Source of the DNA: Armatimonadota bacterium
Lineage (GTDB): Bacteria; Armatimonadota; SYMT01
Direction of reading: 5' to 3'
NCBI GenBank assembly: GCA_041690135.1
Contig: JAWLHY010000017.1
Location: forward strand, 115,587 to 179,586
DNA: 64,000 nt
Shown here piece after piece: positions 12,360-22,150 of this stretch. A model generated the notes under the pieces. That model ran no database searches. It saw only the letters and a program-made list of their open reading frames with translations, and was not told where the DNA came from. A program made the translations under genes and the position numbers. Every line of letters starts with the position of its first letter. Position 1 is the stretch's first letter.

Positions 12360-14693
12360 CTATCGACTTTCTTGCCGGAAGCGAACCCGCCAGATGACCG
12401 TCTGGTTTACCGGTGAAGAAACTCGAACGCGCACGTCGGGCCCGGTGTCCGCCAGGTAGATGATAGCGCGGGCGTTGCGGTCGGTTCCGATGACCTCGGC
12501 CGCAGTCGCCCGCCACGTTCTTCCGGGGGGCGTGGCGATCCGGATTTCGTAGGGGTCCGCGCCCACCACCCCGCTTTCGCCGGTGAGCACGTTCTCGTTC
12601 GGCACCCACTTTTCGGCGACAAGGTCCACGAGGCCCTGTGAGATGTGGCGCGACGTGCTGATGACCTGCGGATGGGAGCTTGCCGGCCGCAGCGAGATCA
12701 CCCGGCAGGCGCCGGCGGGGATCTGGGTCTCGAGGCGGCCGCGGAAGGTCCGCAGGAACCGGTTGGTCCAGTACTCGAATCCGACATACGCGTCTGTGCC
12801 GTGGTCGGGCAGGCGCAGCCCACGCAGGTCGACCCCGGTTCTCGCGGCGGTAGCATCACTCCAGTTGAACAAACCGACAAGGTCTCTCCGACTAGGGCCG
12901 TGTCCCGCGGTGAGCTGCCAGATTTGCGGACGGTCTCGTTCGAAGAGATCGATGGGCCGTCCCGTATGTCCGGTATTCGGCATGGATCGTCGGATGAGGT
13001 CGAGGCGCTGCTCGGGTAAGCCTGGCAGCCACTCACTGACGATGTTGCTTTGCCCGCTCAACGCGATCCAGGAAGCCCAGGAGCGAGCCTGATCGAGGGT
13101 GAGCGGTCGCCGGACCAGAAGGCAGTCGGGATCGTTGTGCCAGACCCGGTTGTGGAAAAAGTAGAGCCGTGTCGCCGCCTCCATCGACTCTTGGATCTGG
13201 CTCCAGTTCGCATCGATGTCCGGGCCGATCCGCATCCCGTCGACTCGGCCGAAAGACGCCCCCAGCGTGCGGGGGTTCTGCGCGACCGTGCAGCCGAGAA
13301 GGTACACACCGGGACCAGCGGCGCTACGTATCAGCTTGAGACCCGACCGATAGGCTTCGATACTGGTCTTGGATGCGTCGTGGAATGTCGCTTCGCCGAG
13401 CCGGTCCTCCCGGTAGGAGGGGAAGGGATAAAGCGACTCCGCGGCCATGCCCGCCCAGAGCCCGTCCAGTTTGAGATATCGGAAGCCCCAATCGCGGGTG
13501 ATGCGGGTCACGGTGTCGCGCAGGAAGGCACGGGCGTCCGGATGGGTCAGATCGAGGCAGGTCCCGGCCCACTTGACCCGGTAGGGTGAGCCGTCCTTCC
13601 GGCGTACGAACCAGTCCTGATGGTCCCGGAACTGTGGGCGCCCGGCATCCCAGCCGAATGGAATGAGCCACAACCCAGGCCTTAACCCCAGCGAACGGAC
13701 CAGCGACGCGGTGGGACGCATGCCGCGCGGAAAAGGCCCCTGGGGATGATGAGTGGTGTAGTCACGGCCCTGGACCTGCCACCCATCGTCCACCTGCACC
13801 ACCTCGAACCCGAAACGGGCCAGATGCCGGTGGGCGAAGCGGGCCAGTTCATCCACGCGTCGCTGGTCCGCGGCGCCGCCGTGCGGGCGGGAATACCAGC
13901 TACAGTAGCCGCTGGGGAGGGGCGGTAGGGCTATTCGGTAGTAACGGGCTATCGTGGACGCGTACCGTTCCAGGCCTGAGTGGCAGTCGTCGAAATGGCC
14001 GATGGCAAACCACTCGCCGTCAGTCCGTTGTCCGGATCGGAGGCGAAGATTTCCATAATCGCTTTGCGCATCCAGACGGATGCGGCCGCCGGATACGCTC
14101 GACCGTACGATCCCACTGGCGCGGTCATGGGAAAGCCAACCGGCCACGATCCCGGTACGGGTGCGGGGTTCCGCGGCGGCCAGGAAGGTGTAACTGGCGC
14201 GAGGGCGATCCCACCCGGTGAGACCGTCATACCCCAACACGCGCAGTGCGGAAGGGGCGCCCGATAGCCCTAACGAAATGCTCGCCAGGCTGATCCGGTC
14301 GTACGCCAGCGCTCGGGAACTCCGGTTGACCAGGCGGGACTGGACGCACAAGAAGGGGACACCGGGAAAGAGCGCCAGCCGGTCGTGGCTTCCGTCGGGG
14401 TAACCGACTTCCAGGGCCTGTCCGCGACCCAGCGGGCTTTCGACAGCGGTCAGCCGGGCGGCCCCTCCCGGCTTCCGAAGGCGACCGGTGCGGATGAAGG
14501 GTACTTTTCCGGCCGTGGCAGAGAAGGTCTCGGACTTCGCATCCCATTGGACGCGAATCCAACCGTTAGTCAGCTCCCATCGCTCTTGCCGGCTTGCGCT
14601 GGGAGCGGGAACGGCGCCTGCCGCACTCCCCACCACGGCAGAAAGACCGGCCACGAGGAGGGGAAGGCCTGCCCGGCAGAGGAAATGAGGCAT
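12360..14693 (-). CDS. Exported glycoside hydrolase, clan D (GH36/GH27 alpha-galactosidase-like)
   Basis: Signal peptide; GYCSWY, QVDDGWQ, FP.GM, PGLW..PF, LDLTHP, YLKLDG nucleophile, MRIGPD acid/base, NDPDC. Confidence 0.85.
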   Translation of the reverse strand: MPHFLCRAGLPLLVAGLSAVVGSAAGAVPAPSASRQERWELTNGWIRVQWDAKSETFSATAGKVPFIRTGRLRKPGGAARLTAVESPLGRGQALEVGYPDGSHDRLALFPGVPFLCVQSRLVNRSSRALAYDRISLASISLGLSGAPSALRVLGYDGLTGWDRPRASYTFLAAAEPRTRTGIVAGWLSHDRASGIVRSSVSGGRIRLDAQSDYGNLRLRSGQRTDGEWFAIGHFDDCHSGLERYASTIARYYRIALPPLPSGYCSWYSRPHGGAADQRRVDELARFAHRHLARFGFEVVQVDDGWQVQGRDYTTHHPQGPFPRGMRPTASLVRSLGLRPGLWLIPFGWDAGRPQFRDHQDWFVRRKDGSPYRVKWAGTCLDLTHPDARAFLRDTVTRITRDWGFRYLKLDGLWAGMAAESLYPFPSYREDRLGEATFHDASKTSIEAYRSGLKLIRSAAGPGVYLLGCTVAQNPRTLGASFGRVDGMRIGPDIDANWSQIQESMEAATRLYFFHNRVWHNDPDCLLVRRPLTLDQARSWASWIALSGQSNIVSEWLPGLPEQRLDLIRRSMPNTGHTGRPIDLFERDRPQIWQLTAGHGPSRRDLVGLFNWSDATAARTGVDLRGLRLPDHGTDAYVGFEYWTNRFLRTFRGRLETQIPAGACRVISLRPASSHPQVISTSRHISQGLVDLVAEKWVPNENVLTGESGVVGADPYEIRIATPPGRTWRATAAEVIGTDRNARAIIYLADTGPDVRVRVSSPVNQTVIWRVRFRQESR

Positions 14694-14742
14694 CCTTGGG
14701 ACCTGTTACTCCCCGGTGCCGGACAGGTGAACTCGCACCAGA

Positions 14743-15711
14743 TTACTTGAGGCCGTAGAACCGGACGGCGTTGTCATGGAAGAGCTTACGCTGGTTCTCA
14801 GCCGACTCACTGCGGACGATCCGTTGCAGGGACTCCACCCATTCCCGGTAGGATGCGGCCAGGAGACAAACGGGCCAGTCGCTGGCGAACATCACGCGGT
14901 CGGGACCAAACGCGCGCAGGGTGTGCAGCACGATCGGTTCCAGGGCGCGGGCTTTATCCTGTTCCGGCTTGCAGGTCGCGACAATTCCGGAGACCTTGCA
15001 GATGACATTCGGGCGCTTGCCGAATTCGACCATATCGCGGGCCCACTGGCTGCGGGCTTCCTGGTCGTGCTGGGCATTCCCGTTGCCACAGTGGTCCAGT
15101 ACGAAGCGGGTATCGGGGCACGCATCCACCAGTTTCATTCCATCCGTCAGGTCCGCTGGCCGCATGCAAAGGTCGAAGCTGAGCCCCATCTTTCCGAGCA
15201 GGCGAATGCTCTTGATGAAATCCGGCTGGGTGCAGAACCCCCGGGGACAACTCGGGACGTGCAGGACCTGGCGTACTCCCTTGATGTAAGGGTTACCCTC
15301 GAAGCGCCGGATGTACTTCTCAAACCCGGGGGAAGCGGGTCGTCCGGAGATCACGCCGGCCACCATCGGCGTTTTCCCGCTCTTGCTCGTTTCGATGACG
15401 TATTCCGCCTCCTCGACCTGCTGCTTCGGATCCACGTCGACTTCCATGTACACGGCCTTGACGACGTTCAGGCCCCTGGAAGCTTCGAGATAGTCCTCCA
15501 TCGTGAAACTGCGGTTCAGTTTGGGTGCGTCATTGAGCCAGGGCGGCTGGAACTTGCGGAAATCCCACAGGTGTTGGTGGGTATCGATGATCGGGATGGG
15601 GGCGGACTTCCTCGCCTGGGCTTCCCCGGGGGAGGCGTCGAGGGCGCCCAGTACCGCAGCGCTAGCCGCGGTCCGCGCCAGGAACTGCCGGCGAGTGGAT
15701 GAAGTGGACAT
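14743..15711 (-). CDS. Tat-exported amidohydrolase_2 family protein (L-fuconolactonase-like)
   Basis: TRRQFL signal; IIDTHQHLWD, KGVRQ, LDHCG, CKVSG, FGPDRVMFASDWPV, NA.RFY. Confidence 0.88.
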   Translation of the reverse strand: MSTSSTRRQFLARTAASAAVLGALDASPGEAQARKSAPIPIIDTHQHLWDFRKFQPPWLNDAPKLNRSFTMEDYLEASRGLNVVKAVYMEVDVDPKQQVEEAEYVIETSKSGKTPMVAGVISGRPASPGFEKYIRRFEGNPYIKGVRQVLHVPSCPRGFCTQPDFIKSIRLLGKMGLSFDLCMRPADLTDGMKLVDACPDTRFVLDHCGNGNAQHDQEARSQWARDMVEFGKRPNVICKVSGIVATCKPEQDKARALEPIVLHTLRAFGPDRVMFASDWPVCLLAASYREWVESLQRIVRSESAENQRKLFHDNAVRFYGLK

Positions 15712-15807
15712 GATGGGATCTCCAAGGCAGTCAGGTTGGTGGGAGTCCAACCGCCAGGCTTATTGGTGACGACTCGCCCGTTCTCCTCTTATCTTCGGGC
15801 GGGTGTC

Positions 15808-16818
15808 TCAGCGATCCCCAGGGCGCTCGCTGATCTCGGAGACGAGGTAGAGTGGGCGGCCTTTCACCTCCTCGTAGATGCGTCCGATGTACTCACCCAG
15901 GATTCCCAGGCACATGAGCTGGACGCCGCCAAGGAAGGATAGGACGACGGTTAGCGAAGTCCATCCGGCCACGGTTGCCCCCCGGAAATGCTGGATCACC
16001 GCATAGGCCACTACGAGGAAGGAGAGGAGCGACACGATCGCTCCGAACCAGGTCGCCAGTCGCAAGGGGAGAGTGGAGAACGAAGCCAGGCCATCCAGGG
16101 CGAAGCGGAGCATCTTCCGCAGTGGATACTTGGTGCTCCCGGCAAACCGCCCCGCACGTTCGTAGGGCACTCCCACCCGCCGGAACCCGACCCAGGTCAC
16201 CATGGCCCGCAGCATCCGGTGACGCTCGCGCATCCGGCAGAGGGAGTCCACCACGGAGCGGCTGATCAGGCGAAAGTCGCCGGCATCCAACGGCATTTCG
16301 ATGTCCGTGGCCCACCGGAAGAGCCGGTAGAACATGCTGGCCGTGAGCAGCTTGAAGGCGGTTTCCTTTTCCCGCTTGATGCGCACTCCGTAGACGACGT
16401 CGTAGCCCTGCTTGAACCGCTCGTACATCTCCGGGATCACTTCCGGCGGGTCCTGGAGATCGGCATCGATGATCACCACGGCGTCACCGCGGGAGTGGTC
16501 AAGACCCGCCGTAACTGCGAGTTGATGTCCGAAATTGCGCGATAAATTGAGAACTACGAAGCGGGGGTCCTGCGCATGGATCTCGCGCATCTTCTCCAGC
16601 GATCCGTCCCGGCTCCCATCGTTGACGAGAATCACCTCGAAATTCGGGTCGATGGTCTCGAGAACACCTCGCAGCCTATCCGCGAGCGCGGGTAGGCACT
16701 CTTTCTCGTTGTAGACCGGAACCACCACCGTCAGGGCCACTCCCAACCCGGGCGCCTGGGCTCTTCCGGTCGTGGAGAGGGGCGTGGAGCCGAGGTTGGA
16801 AAGGGTTTGCGTTTCCAT
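15808..16818 (-). CDS. GT2 polyprenol-phosphate glycosyltransferase (GtrB/YkcC-like)
   Basis: VVVPVYNE, VNDGSRD, LSRNFGHQ.A..AG, IDADLQDPPE, GDFRL, R.AG.TKY, two C-terminal TMs, GEYIGRIY.EVK.RP.Y. Confidence 0.93.
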   Translation of the reverse strand: METQTLSNLGSTPLSTTGRAQAPGLGVALTVVVPVYNEKECLPALADRLRGVLETIDPNFEVILVNDGSRDGSLEKMREIHAQDPRFVVLNLSRNFGHQLAVTAGLDHSRGDAVVIIDADLQDPPEVIPEMYERFKQGYDVVYGVRIKREKETAFKLLTASMFYRLFRWATDIEMPLDAGDFRLISRSVVDSLCRMRERHRMLRAMVTWVGFRRVGVPYERAGRFAGSTKYPLRKMLRFALDGLASFSTLPLRLATWFGAIVSLLSFLVVAYAVIQHFRGATVAGWTSLTVVLSFLGGVQLMCLGILGEYIGRIYEEVKGRPLYLVSEISERPGDR

Positions 16819-16845
16819 AATTGCACCTGCTGCGAGGAGCCGCGC

Positions 16846-18378
16846 TCAGTTCACGTTCACGGATAGGGGTCGGGTCGGATCACGAGCCCACCACTCCACG
16901 ATCACCCCGCGGGGTGTTTCCGTACCGGTCTTGCGGTAGCCCGCCTGTGTTAATCTCTGTCCAAGTGCATCGAAGCCGACGCGCCCACTTTCTTTCCCCA
17001 GGACACAAAGACGCGGTTTGCCGACCAGGGCGTCTACCGTGGTGAGGGGCTTCGCCACTACCTGCGATTCCAGCGTGGGGCTGGTTTCCGGATCCAGGGC
17101 GAACACGGCCACCGGGGCCGGCGACTTGCGGTAGTACTCGTAGCAGGCCAGGTCTCCCCAGGTTCGGGCCAGCAGCACGCCCTCCGGTTGTTCGGCGGCA
17201 ACGCGCAGGCACGCAGTTCGATAGTCGGGATTCGGACGGGCATTAGCCAAGGAGAGAACCGCTGTGCCGGAGACCATCACTCCGAACAAGGCCAGAACGG
17301 CCAGCCGGCCCGGAAGGGGGTTGACGCTACTGCGCGTCGCGGCTCCGGCGAGTAACAGATAGGTTGCGGGCGCGATCAGGATGATGTAGTTGTCGCGAAT
17401 TCCCCAGTGGAGCACCAGTCCGGCTCCGCGCATCATGAGGAAGAGCCCGGCCGCGAGCAACAGGGGGAAAATCCAGGCTCGTCGCGTCTCGGGACTTCTG
17501 GCCACCGTGAAAAGCGCCAGTCCGGTCGCCAGGGCAAACCCTCCGTAGCCCGCGATGCGGAGGATCCCTTCCGGGTATCCGCCGTTGCCCAGCAGCAGGA
17601 GCGAGCGAACCACCTCGGCCACCAGCGACATGTTCCCGTCCGAGGCGAAGGTGACGGCGCCGGAGTAAGCCTGCGTGCGCTGAATCACCATGAGCCACGC
17701 GAGGGGGACCATCCCCAGCATGATCGCGGCGGTGGGCGCCGCGGCCTTCCACAGGTTTCGCCTTCCCCGTAGGATGACGGCAAGGACGGCGACAGGCAGC
17801 ATGAACACCCCGAAGTAGTGGGAATACATGCCGGCCAGCGTGAGTACCGTTCCCAGCACTCCCCGTCGCCAGGAAGGTTCGGCGGCGTGTTCCCAAAGGC
17901 ACCAGGCGCCTCCGAGCATTACGGCTACCAGCAGAGCGTACGAGCGGCCCTCTTGGGAGTGGTACACCATCAATGGCGAGATGGCGACGAACGCCGCGGC
18001 GACCAGGCCACCATCCTTACCCCAGAGCCGCGTACCGATATGTCCGACCAGGGGGATGAGGGCCAGTCCGGCAAGAAGGGGGGGCAGACGCAGCGCCAGC
18101 TCGGTTCCGCCGAAGAGTCCGACCGAGGCGCCCTCAATGGCGAAGAAGAGGGGCGGGTGCCGTTCGAACCGGAGCGAAGCGAAAAGATGATCCAGGCCCT
18201 GCGCGGCCATGTAGTAGGTGAACGCCTCATCATCCCACAGCGGTCGTGCCGTGAGTCCGTAGATCCGGGCGAGGACACCGGTCGCAATTAGCACAATAGC
18301 GAGAACGCGGACGGCAGCGCCGAAGCGGTCGGAGCCGCCGGCGACCTCTGCCTTGGGGAACGCTGAGGATGGGTTCAT
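16846..18378 (-). CDS. GT-C fold membrane glycosyltransferase (PMT_2/GT39-like)
   Basis: LW.DE, HPPLF, E.ALRLP, SP..VY.SQE.R.YAL, Y.HY; many TM helices; start taken at ATG 18378. Confidence 0.88.
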   Translation of the reverse strand: MNPSSAFPKAEVAGGSDRFGAAVRVLAIVLIATGVLARIYGLTARPLWDDEAFTYYMAAQGLDHLFASLRFERHPPLFFAIEGASVGLFGGTELALRLPPLLAGLALIPLVGHIGTRLWGKDGGLVAAAFVAISPLMVYHSQEGRSYALLVAVMLGGAWCLWEHAAEPSWRRGVLGTVLTLAGMYSHYFGVFMLPVAVLAVILRGRRNLWKAAAPTAAIMLGMVPLAWLMVIQRTQAYSGAVTFASDGNMSLVAEVVRSLLLLGNGGYPEGILRIAGYGGFALATGLALFTVARSPETRRAWIFPLLLAAGLFLMMRGAGLVLHWGIRDNYIILIAPATYLLLAGAATRSSVNPLPGRLAVLALFGVMVSGTAVLSLANARPNPDYRTACLRVAAEQPEGVLLARTWGDLACYEYYRKSPAPVAVFALDPETSPTLESQVVAKPLTTVDALVGKPRLCVLGKESGRVGFDALGQRLTQAGYRKTGTETPRGVIVEWWARDPTRPLSVNVN

Positions 18379-18388
18379 CACATAACTG

Positions 18389-19885
18389 TTATCGGCGCCT
18401 GAAGAGCGAGACTTCGGCCCGGAACTCGACATCTTCATCGAGCGGGAAAACCGGGCGCCGGCACCGCGTATGGCCCAGGCTGCGCAGATTGGCGCTGGTC
18501 GATCCGGGGGCGTCCACGTGGATCATCCTTGCAGCCCACGCGGCGAACATGTGCTCCTCGCAGTGGGGGGATTTCACCACCACCAGATCGAACCGGCGAG
18601 GGTCCTGGCCGTGGGCGTAGAACAGGGAGCGATCGTAGAGGCTTACCGGTCGGCTCGTCACCACCAGCGTGTGGTTGCCGGCCTCGAGCACGGCGGTTTC
18701 GCCCGCATACCAGTCTTCACCGGTGTTCTCGCTCTTGAATCGGCCGTCCGAAAGCAGTCGTACCCTCGCCTGAACCGGCAGGGGAATGTGACGGGACGAA
18801 TCCAGCGCGCCGCCGACCGTGATGGATAGAGGAGCTCCCACGCCGGCGGCGAAAGCGGCGCGGACCGCGGGGGGATCGACGATGGGAACCAGCGCGCGGC
18901 CGTGGTAACCTCCTGCGAGCAGAGCGCGGAGGATGGCGTTGCTGTCTCCCGATGCCCCAGAGCTCGTGGCATCGGCGGCATCGACCAGTATCACGGTTCC
19001 CTGGGAAACCTCTCGGGCCTGACGCACACTCTCGGTGAGACTGGTCAGTGGGACTTGCATGGCCGCGTGATGCTCCCAAAACAGGCGGGCCAGCCGGAGT
19101 GCCTCCTGGGCCGCCAGATCCTGGTCATCGTCCATCACGACCAGGCTGTTGGATCCCAGTTCGGGAACGTCGGTGAAGGGGTTGCCCCAGAACATGCCGG
19201 CGGAGAGGCCCGCCCCGCTCTGCTCAATTTGCTTCGCCGCCTCGATCACGTGCCGGATGCGTCCGGTTTCGGTAATCAACTCGTCGCCGCGCACCAGGGC
19301 CGGGACCCGCACCACGGCCGTTACGGGCCGCACCTCGCCGTCCAGGATGCGCAGCAGCAGGCGGGCCGCCCGCGCTCCCGTGCTGAAGAAATCGACGTGG
19401 GGATAGGTGTGGTAGACGACGACCGCGTCGGCGTGCAGGAGCATCCGGTCGGTGAGGATGCCGTGGAGGTCGAGCGAGACCACGATAGGAATACTCTCTC
19501 CCAGCAGTTTTCGCACCTCTTCGAGGAGATAGCCTTCCGGGTCGACTTCGTTCTCCGCGGCCATGGCCCCGTGGAGCGAGAAGTAGCAGGCATCCACCTC
19601 GGGGGCCTCGGCGATCGCCTGCAGGAACTCCGCCGCCAACCGGTCGAAGTCCGGGCCCGCGAGCGTCCCGCCGGAGGTGATCGCCTGCGCCCGGTAGGTG
19701 GGAATCAACTCCAGATCGGACCGGGAATCGAAGACGCTAAGCGCGCCCGCGATCTCGCTCCGAACGGTGCCGTGATGGCGCAGGACTTCCTCGCCGGTCG
19801 CGATCTTGAAGTCCGCATATCGGCTGAGGACGGGATTGAAGGAGGAGACCTCTTGTTTGCACTCAGCGATCAAAATCTTCTTCAT
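18389..19885 (-). CDS. M81 family metallopeptidase (MlrC-like)
   Basis: QE.SSF.P, LHGAM, D.EG, SLDLHG, YHTYPHVD, PF.DVPE.G, D.AD...SGA.GD, VVKS; start at ATG 19885. Confidence 0.9.
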   Translation of the reverse strand: MKKILIAECKQEVSSFNPVLSRYADFKIATGEEVLRHHGTVRSEIAGALSVFDSRSDLELIPTYRAQAITSGGTLAGPDFDRLAAEFLQAIAEAPEVDACYFSLHGAMAAENEVDPEGYLLEEVRKLLGESIPIVVSLDLHGILTDRMLLHADAVVVYHTYPHVDFFSTGARAARLLLRILDGEVRPVTAVVRVPALVRGDELITETGRIRHVIEAAKQIEQSGAGLSAGMFWGNPFTDVPELGSNSLVVMDDDQDLAAQEALRLARLFWEHHAAMQVPLTSLTESVRQAREVSQGTVILVDAADATSSGASGDSNAILRALLAGGYHGRALVPIVDPPAVRAAFAAGVGAPLSITVGGALDSSRHIPLPVQARVRLLSDGRFKSENTGEDWYAGETAVLEAGNHTLVVTSRPVSLYDRSLFYAHGQDPRRFDLVVVKSPHCEEHMFAAWAARMIHVDAPGSTSANLRSLGHTRCRRPVFPLDEDVEFRAEVSLFRRR

Positions 19886-20062
19886 CTGATAGCTCCGCCC
19901 TGGTCTGCAGTCGCCTGGTATGGGGTTCTGCGAATGGGACACGCCCGCCTCATCCGGGTTACGCCCGGCATCTCCCCAGGCGGTCGAAAGCAGTCCGAAA
20001 TCGGAAGAGGACACGGTGGCGGCTGAAGGCAACGTACTCGAAAGTACGGAAGGGAGGCGGTA

Positions 20063-21064
20063 GTGAGCGCTGGGGTTCAGGTGGGACAGGGAGAGCATGT
20101 TCTAACAGCGTCGGACACATGGGCCCGGCTGCCGGAAGGCTGGTCTTTCATCGAAGTCACCGGGGTGGCTACGGACTCACAAGATCGCGTATACGTCTTC
20201 AACCGTGGGGAACACCCGGTGATCGTCTTCGGGCCGGACGGCACCTTTCTCCGTGCCTGGGGCGAGGGCATGTTCGTGCGACCGCACGGGATCATGATCG
20301 GCCCGGACGATGCCGTGTACTGTACGGACGACGGGGGGCACACGGTCCGGAAGTTCACTCCGGAAGGGGATCTCCTCCAGACGTTGGGCACGCCGGGCAA
20401 GCCGTCCGATACCGGCGCCACCAGTGTGGACTTTCGCGGGATCCGGCAAGCCGGCCCGCCCTTCCACTACCCCTGCAACACCGCACTGGCTCCCAACGGC
20501 GATCTCTACGTGGCGGACGGGTACGGTAACGCACGAATCCACCGGTTTTCGCCGGCAGGGGATCTACTGGCTTCCTGGGGCGAGCCTGGCGCCGGTCCGG
20601 GTCAGTTTCGGATCCCGCACGGTATCGCGACCGACAGGGACGGAAGGGTGTTCGTGGCGGACCGCGAGAACAGCCGGGTTCAGGTCTTTGATCCGGAAGG
20701 GGTCTTCCTGGAGGCCTGGACCGACGTTGCGAGGCCATGCCAGGTGTGCGTCGATGGCCGAGGCCTGGTTTACGTGGCCGAACTGGGTTATCGCGCGGGA
20801 ATGTGGCCGGGAACGGAGGCGCCGTCACCGGACGCGACCGGCGGTCGGATCAGCATCTACGACGGGTCGGGCCGCCTCCTCGCGCGCTGGGGTGGGGGAG
20901 CGGATCCGATGCGCTGCGGCGACTTCTTCGCCCCGCACGACGTGTGCGTCGATTCCACCGGCAGCATTTACGTGGGGGAAGTCACGCAGAGCGCCGGAGG
21001 GCGACGCGGCCTGGTGTACCCGAGTTGCCCTTCTCTGCAGAAGTTTACGAGGGTTCAGCCATGA
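20063..21064 (+). CDS. NHL-repeat beta-propeller protein (peptidyl-alpha-hydroxyglycine alpha-amidating lyase-like)
   Basis: Repeated F..PHG, ADGYGNARIH.F, WGEPG.GPGQF..PHGI, VADREN.RVQVF, PHD. Confidence 0.88.
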   Translation: MSAGVQVGQGEHVLTASDTWARLPEGWSFIEVTGVATDSQDRVYVFNRGEHPVIVFGPDGTFLRAWGEGMFVRPHGIMIGPDDAVYCTDDGGHTVRKFTPEGDLLQTLGTPGKPSDTGATSVDFRGIRQAGPPFHYPCNTALAPNGDLYVADGYGNARIHRFSPAGDLLASWGEPGAGPGQFRIPHGIATDRDGRVFVADRENSRVQVFDPEGVFLEAWTDVARPCQVCVDGRGLVYVAELGYRAGMWPGTEAPSPDATGGRISIYDGSGRLLARWGGGADPMRCGDFFAPHDVCVDSTGSIYVGEVTQSAGGRRGLVYPSCPSLQKFTRVQP

Positions 21065-22146
21065 AAGCCTGGCGGTTCTATGCCTTTGGCGACCTCCGGC
21101 TGGACGAGGTTGCCGAGCCGGAACTCCATCCTGGTCACGTGCTAGTGCGGCCGCTGGTCGTGCAGCCCAGCGTTACGGAGGCCCAGCTCGCCTACGGCAT
21201 TCCCACGCTGGCTCACGAGCAAATCCGCCGGCGACTGGAGGCCGAGGCACCGGTCCAACTGTTCGGGCACGAGTTCTGTGCGCGTGTGGTCGCGGTCGGC
21301 CCAGGAGTGGAAGGATATGCACCCGGCGATCGCGTGGCGGCGCGCGCAAAATTGCCGTGTGGGAACTGCCCCCTTTGCCGGTCGGAACGGAGTAACGAAT
21401 GCCGGAGAGGCCCGATCATCGGCTTTCAACTCCCCGGCTGCTTTGCGGAACTGGCCCTGATCCCGGAGACGGCGCTGGTTCGGGTCGATGACCGGATTTC
21501 GGACAGTGAGGGCGCCTGTCTTCAGTCGTTGAGCGATAGCGTGGCCGCGGTGGAGACAGCGGATCTCCGGCTGGGCGACACGGTGGTGATCTTCGGCCAG
21601 GGCAGCATGGGCCTGGAATGCATGCAGGCGGCCCGGGTGGCCGGAGCCGGACAGGTCATCACCGTGGACGTGCGAGAGGAGGCCTGCGCGGTCTCGCGTA
21701 GCCTCGGCGCCGATGTAGCCCTGAACGCCCGCGAGGGTGACCCTGTATCCGCCATTCTGGATCTGACCCGCGGCATTGGGGCGGATGTCGTCTTCGAGTG
21801 TGCCGGCGGCAGTCCCAGGCAGGGATTGGCGGGCACCAGGACCCTAAGCCAGGCGGTGGACGCGGTGCGGCCCGGGGGGAAGATCGTCGGAGTCTCGTGG
21901 TTCGGCAGCCCCCTGGAGTTGGACGTGGACCTTCTGCGCGAACGCAGCCTCCGCTACCTCTTTCCGGACATCAGCACGCGCGCTCACCTGGAACTCACCG
22001 TACGCCTGGTGGCCAGCGGACGGGTAAATGTCCGACCCATGATCACCCATATTTTGAACGGGTTGAAAGCGGTGCCCCAGGCGTTCGAGATCACCGCGAA
22101 CAAAGGAAGATATGGAGCCCTGAACCCTGCACAGGTAGTACTCTGA
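21061..22146 (+). CDS. MDR-family zinc-binding dehydrogenase with atypical catalytic site
   Basis: ATG overlaps the upstream stop (ATGA); GHE, CGNCPLC......EC structural Zn site, GQGSMG Rossmann motif. Confidence 0.88.
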   Translation: MKAWRFYAFGDLRLDEVAEPELHPGHVLVRPLVVQPSVTEAQLAYGIPTLAHEQIRRRLEAEAPVQLFGHEFCARVVAVGPGVEGYAPGDRVAARAKLPCGNCPLCRSERSNECRRGPIIGFQLPGCFAELALIPETALVRVDDRISDSEGACLQSLSDSVAAVETADLRLGDTVVIFGQGSMGLECMQAARVAGAGQVITVDVREEACAVSRSLGADVALNAREGDPVSAILDLTRGIGADVVFECAGGSPRQGLAGTRTLSQAVDAVRPGGKIVGVSWFGSPLELDVDLLRERSLRYLFPDISTRAHLELTVRLVASGRVNVRPMITHILNGLKAVPQAFEITANKGRYGALNPAQVVL

Positions 22147-22150
22147 AAGG

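Noticed and set aside
18389-19885. Microcystin degradation (mlr) cluster
   Set aside because: No mlrA/B/D nearby; M81 peptidases are widespread with other substrates
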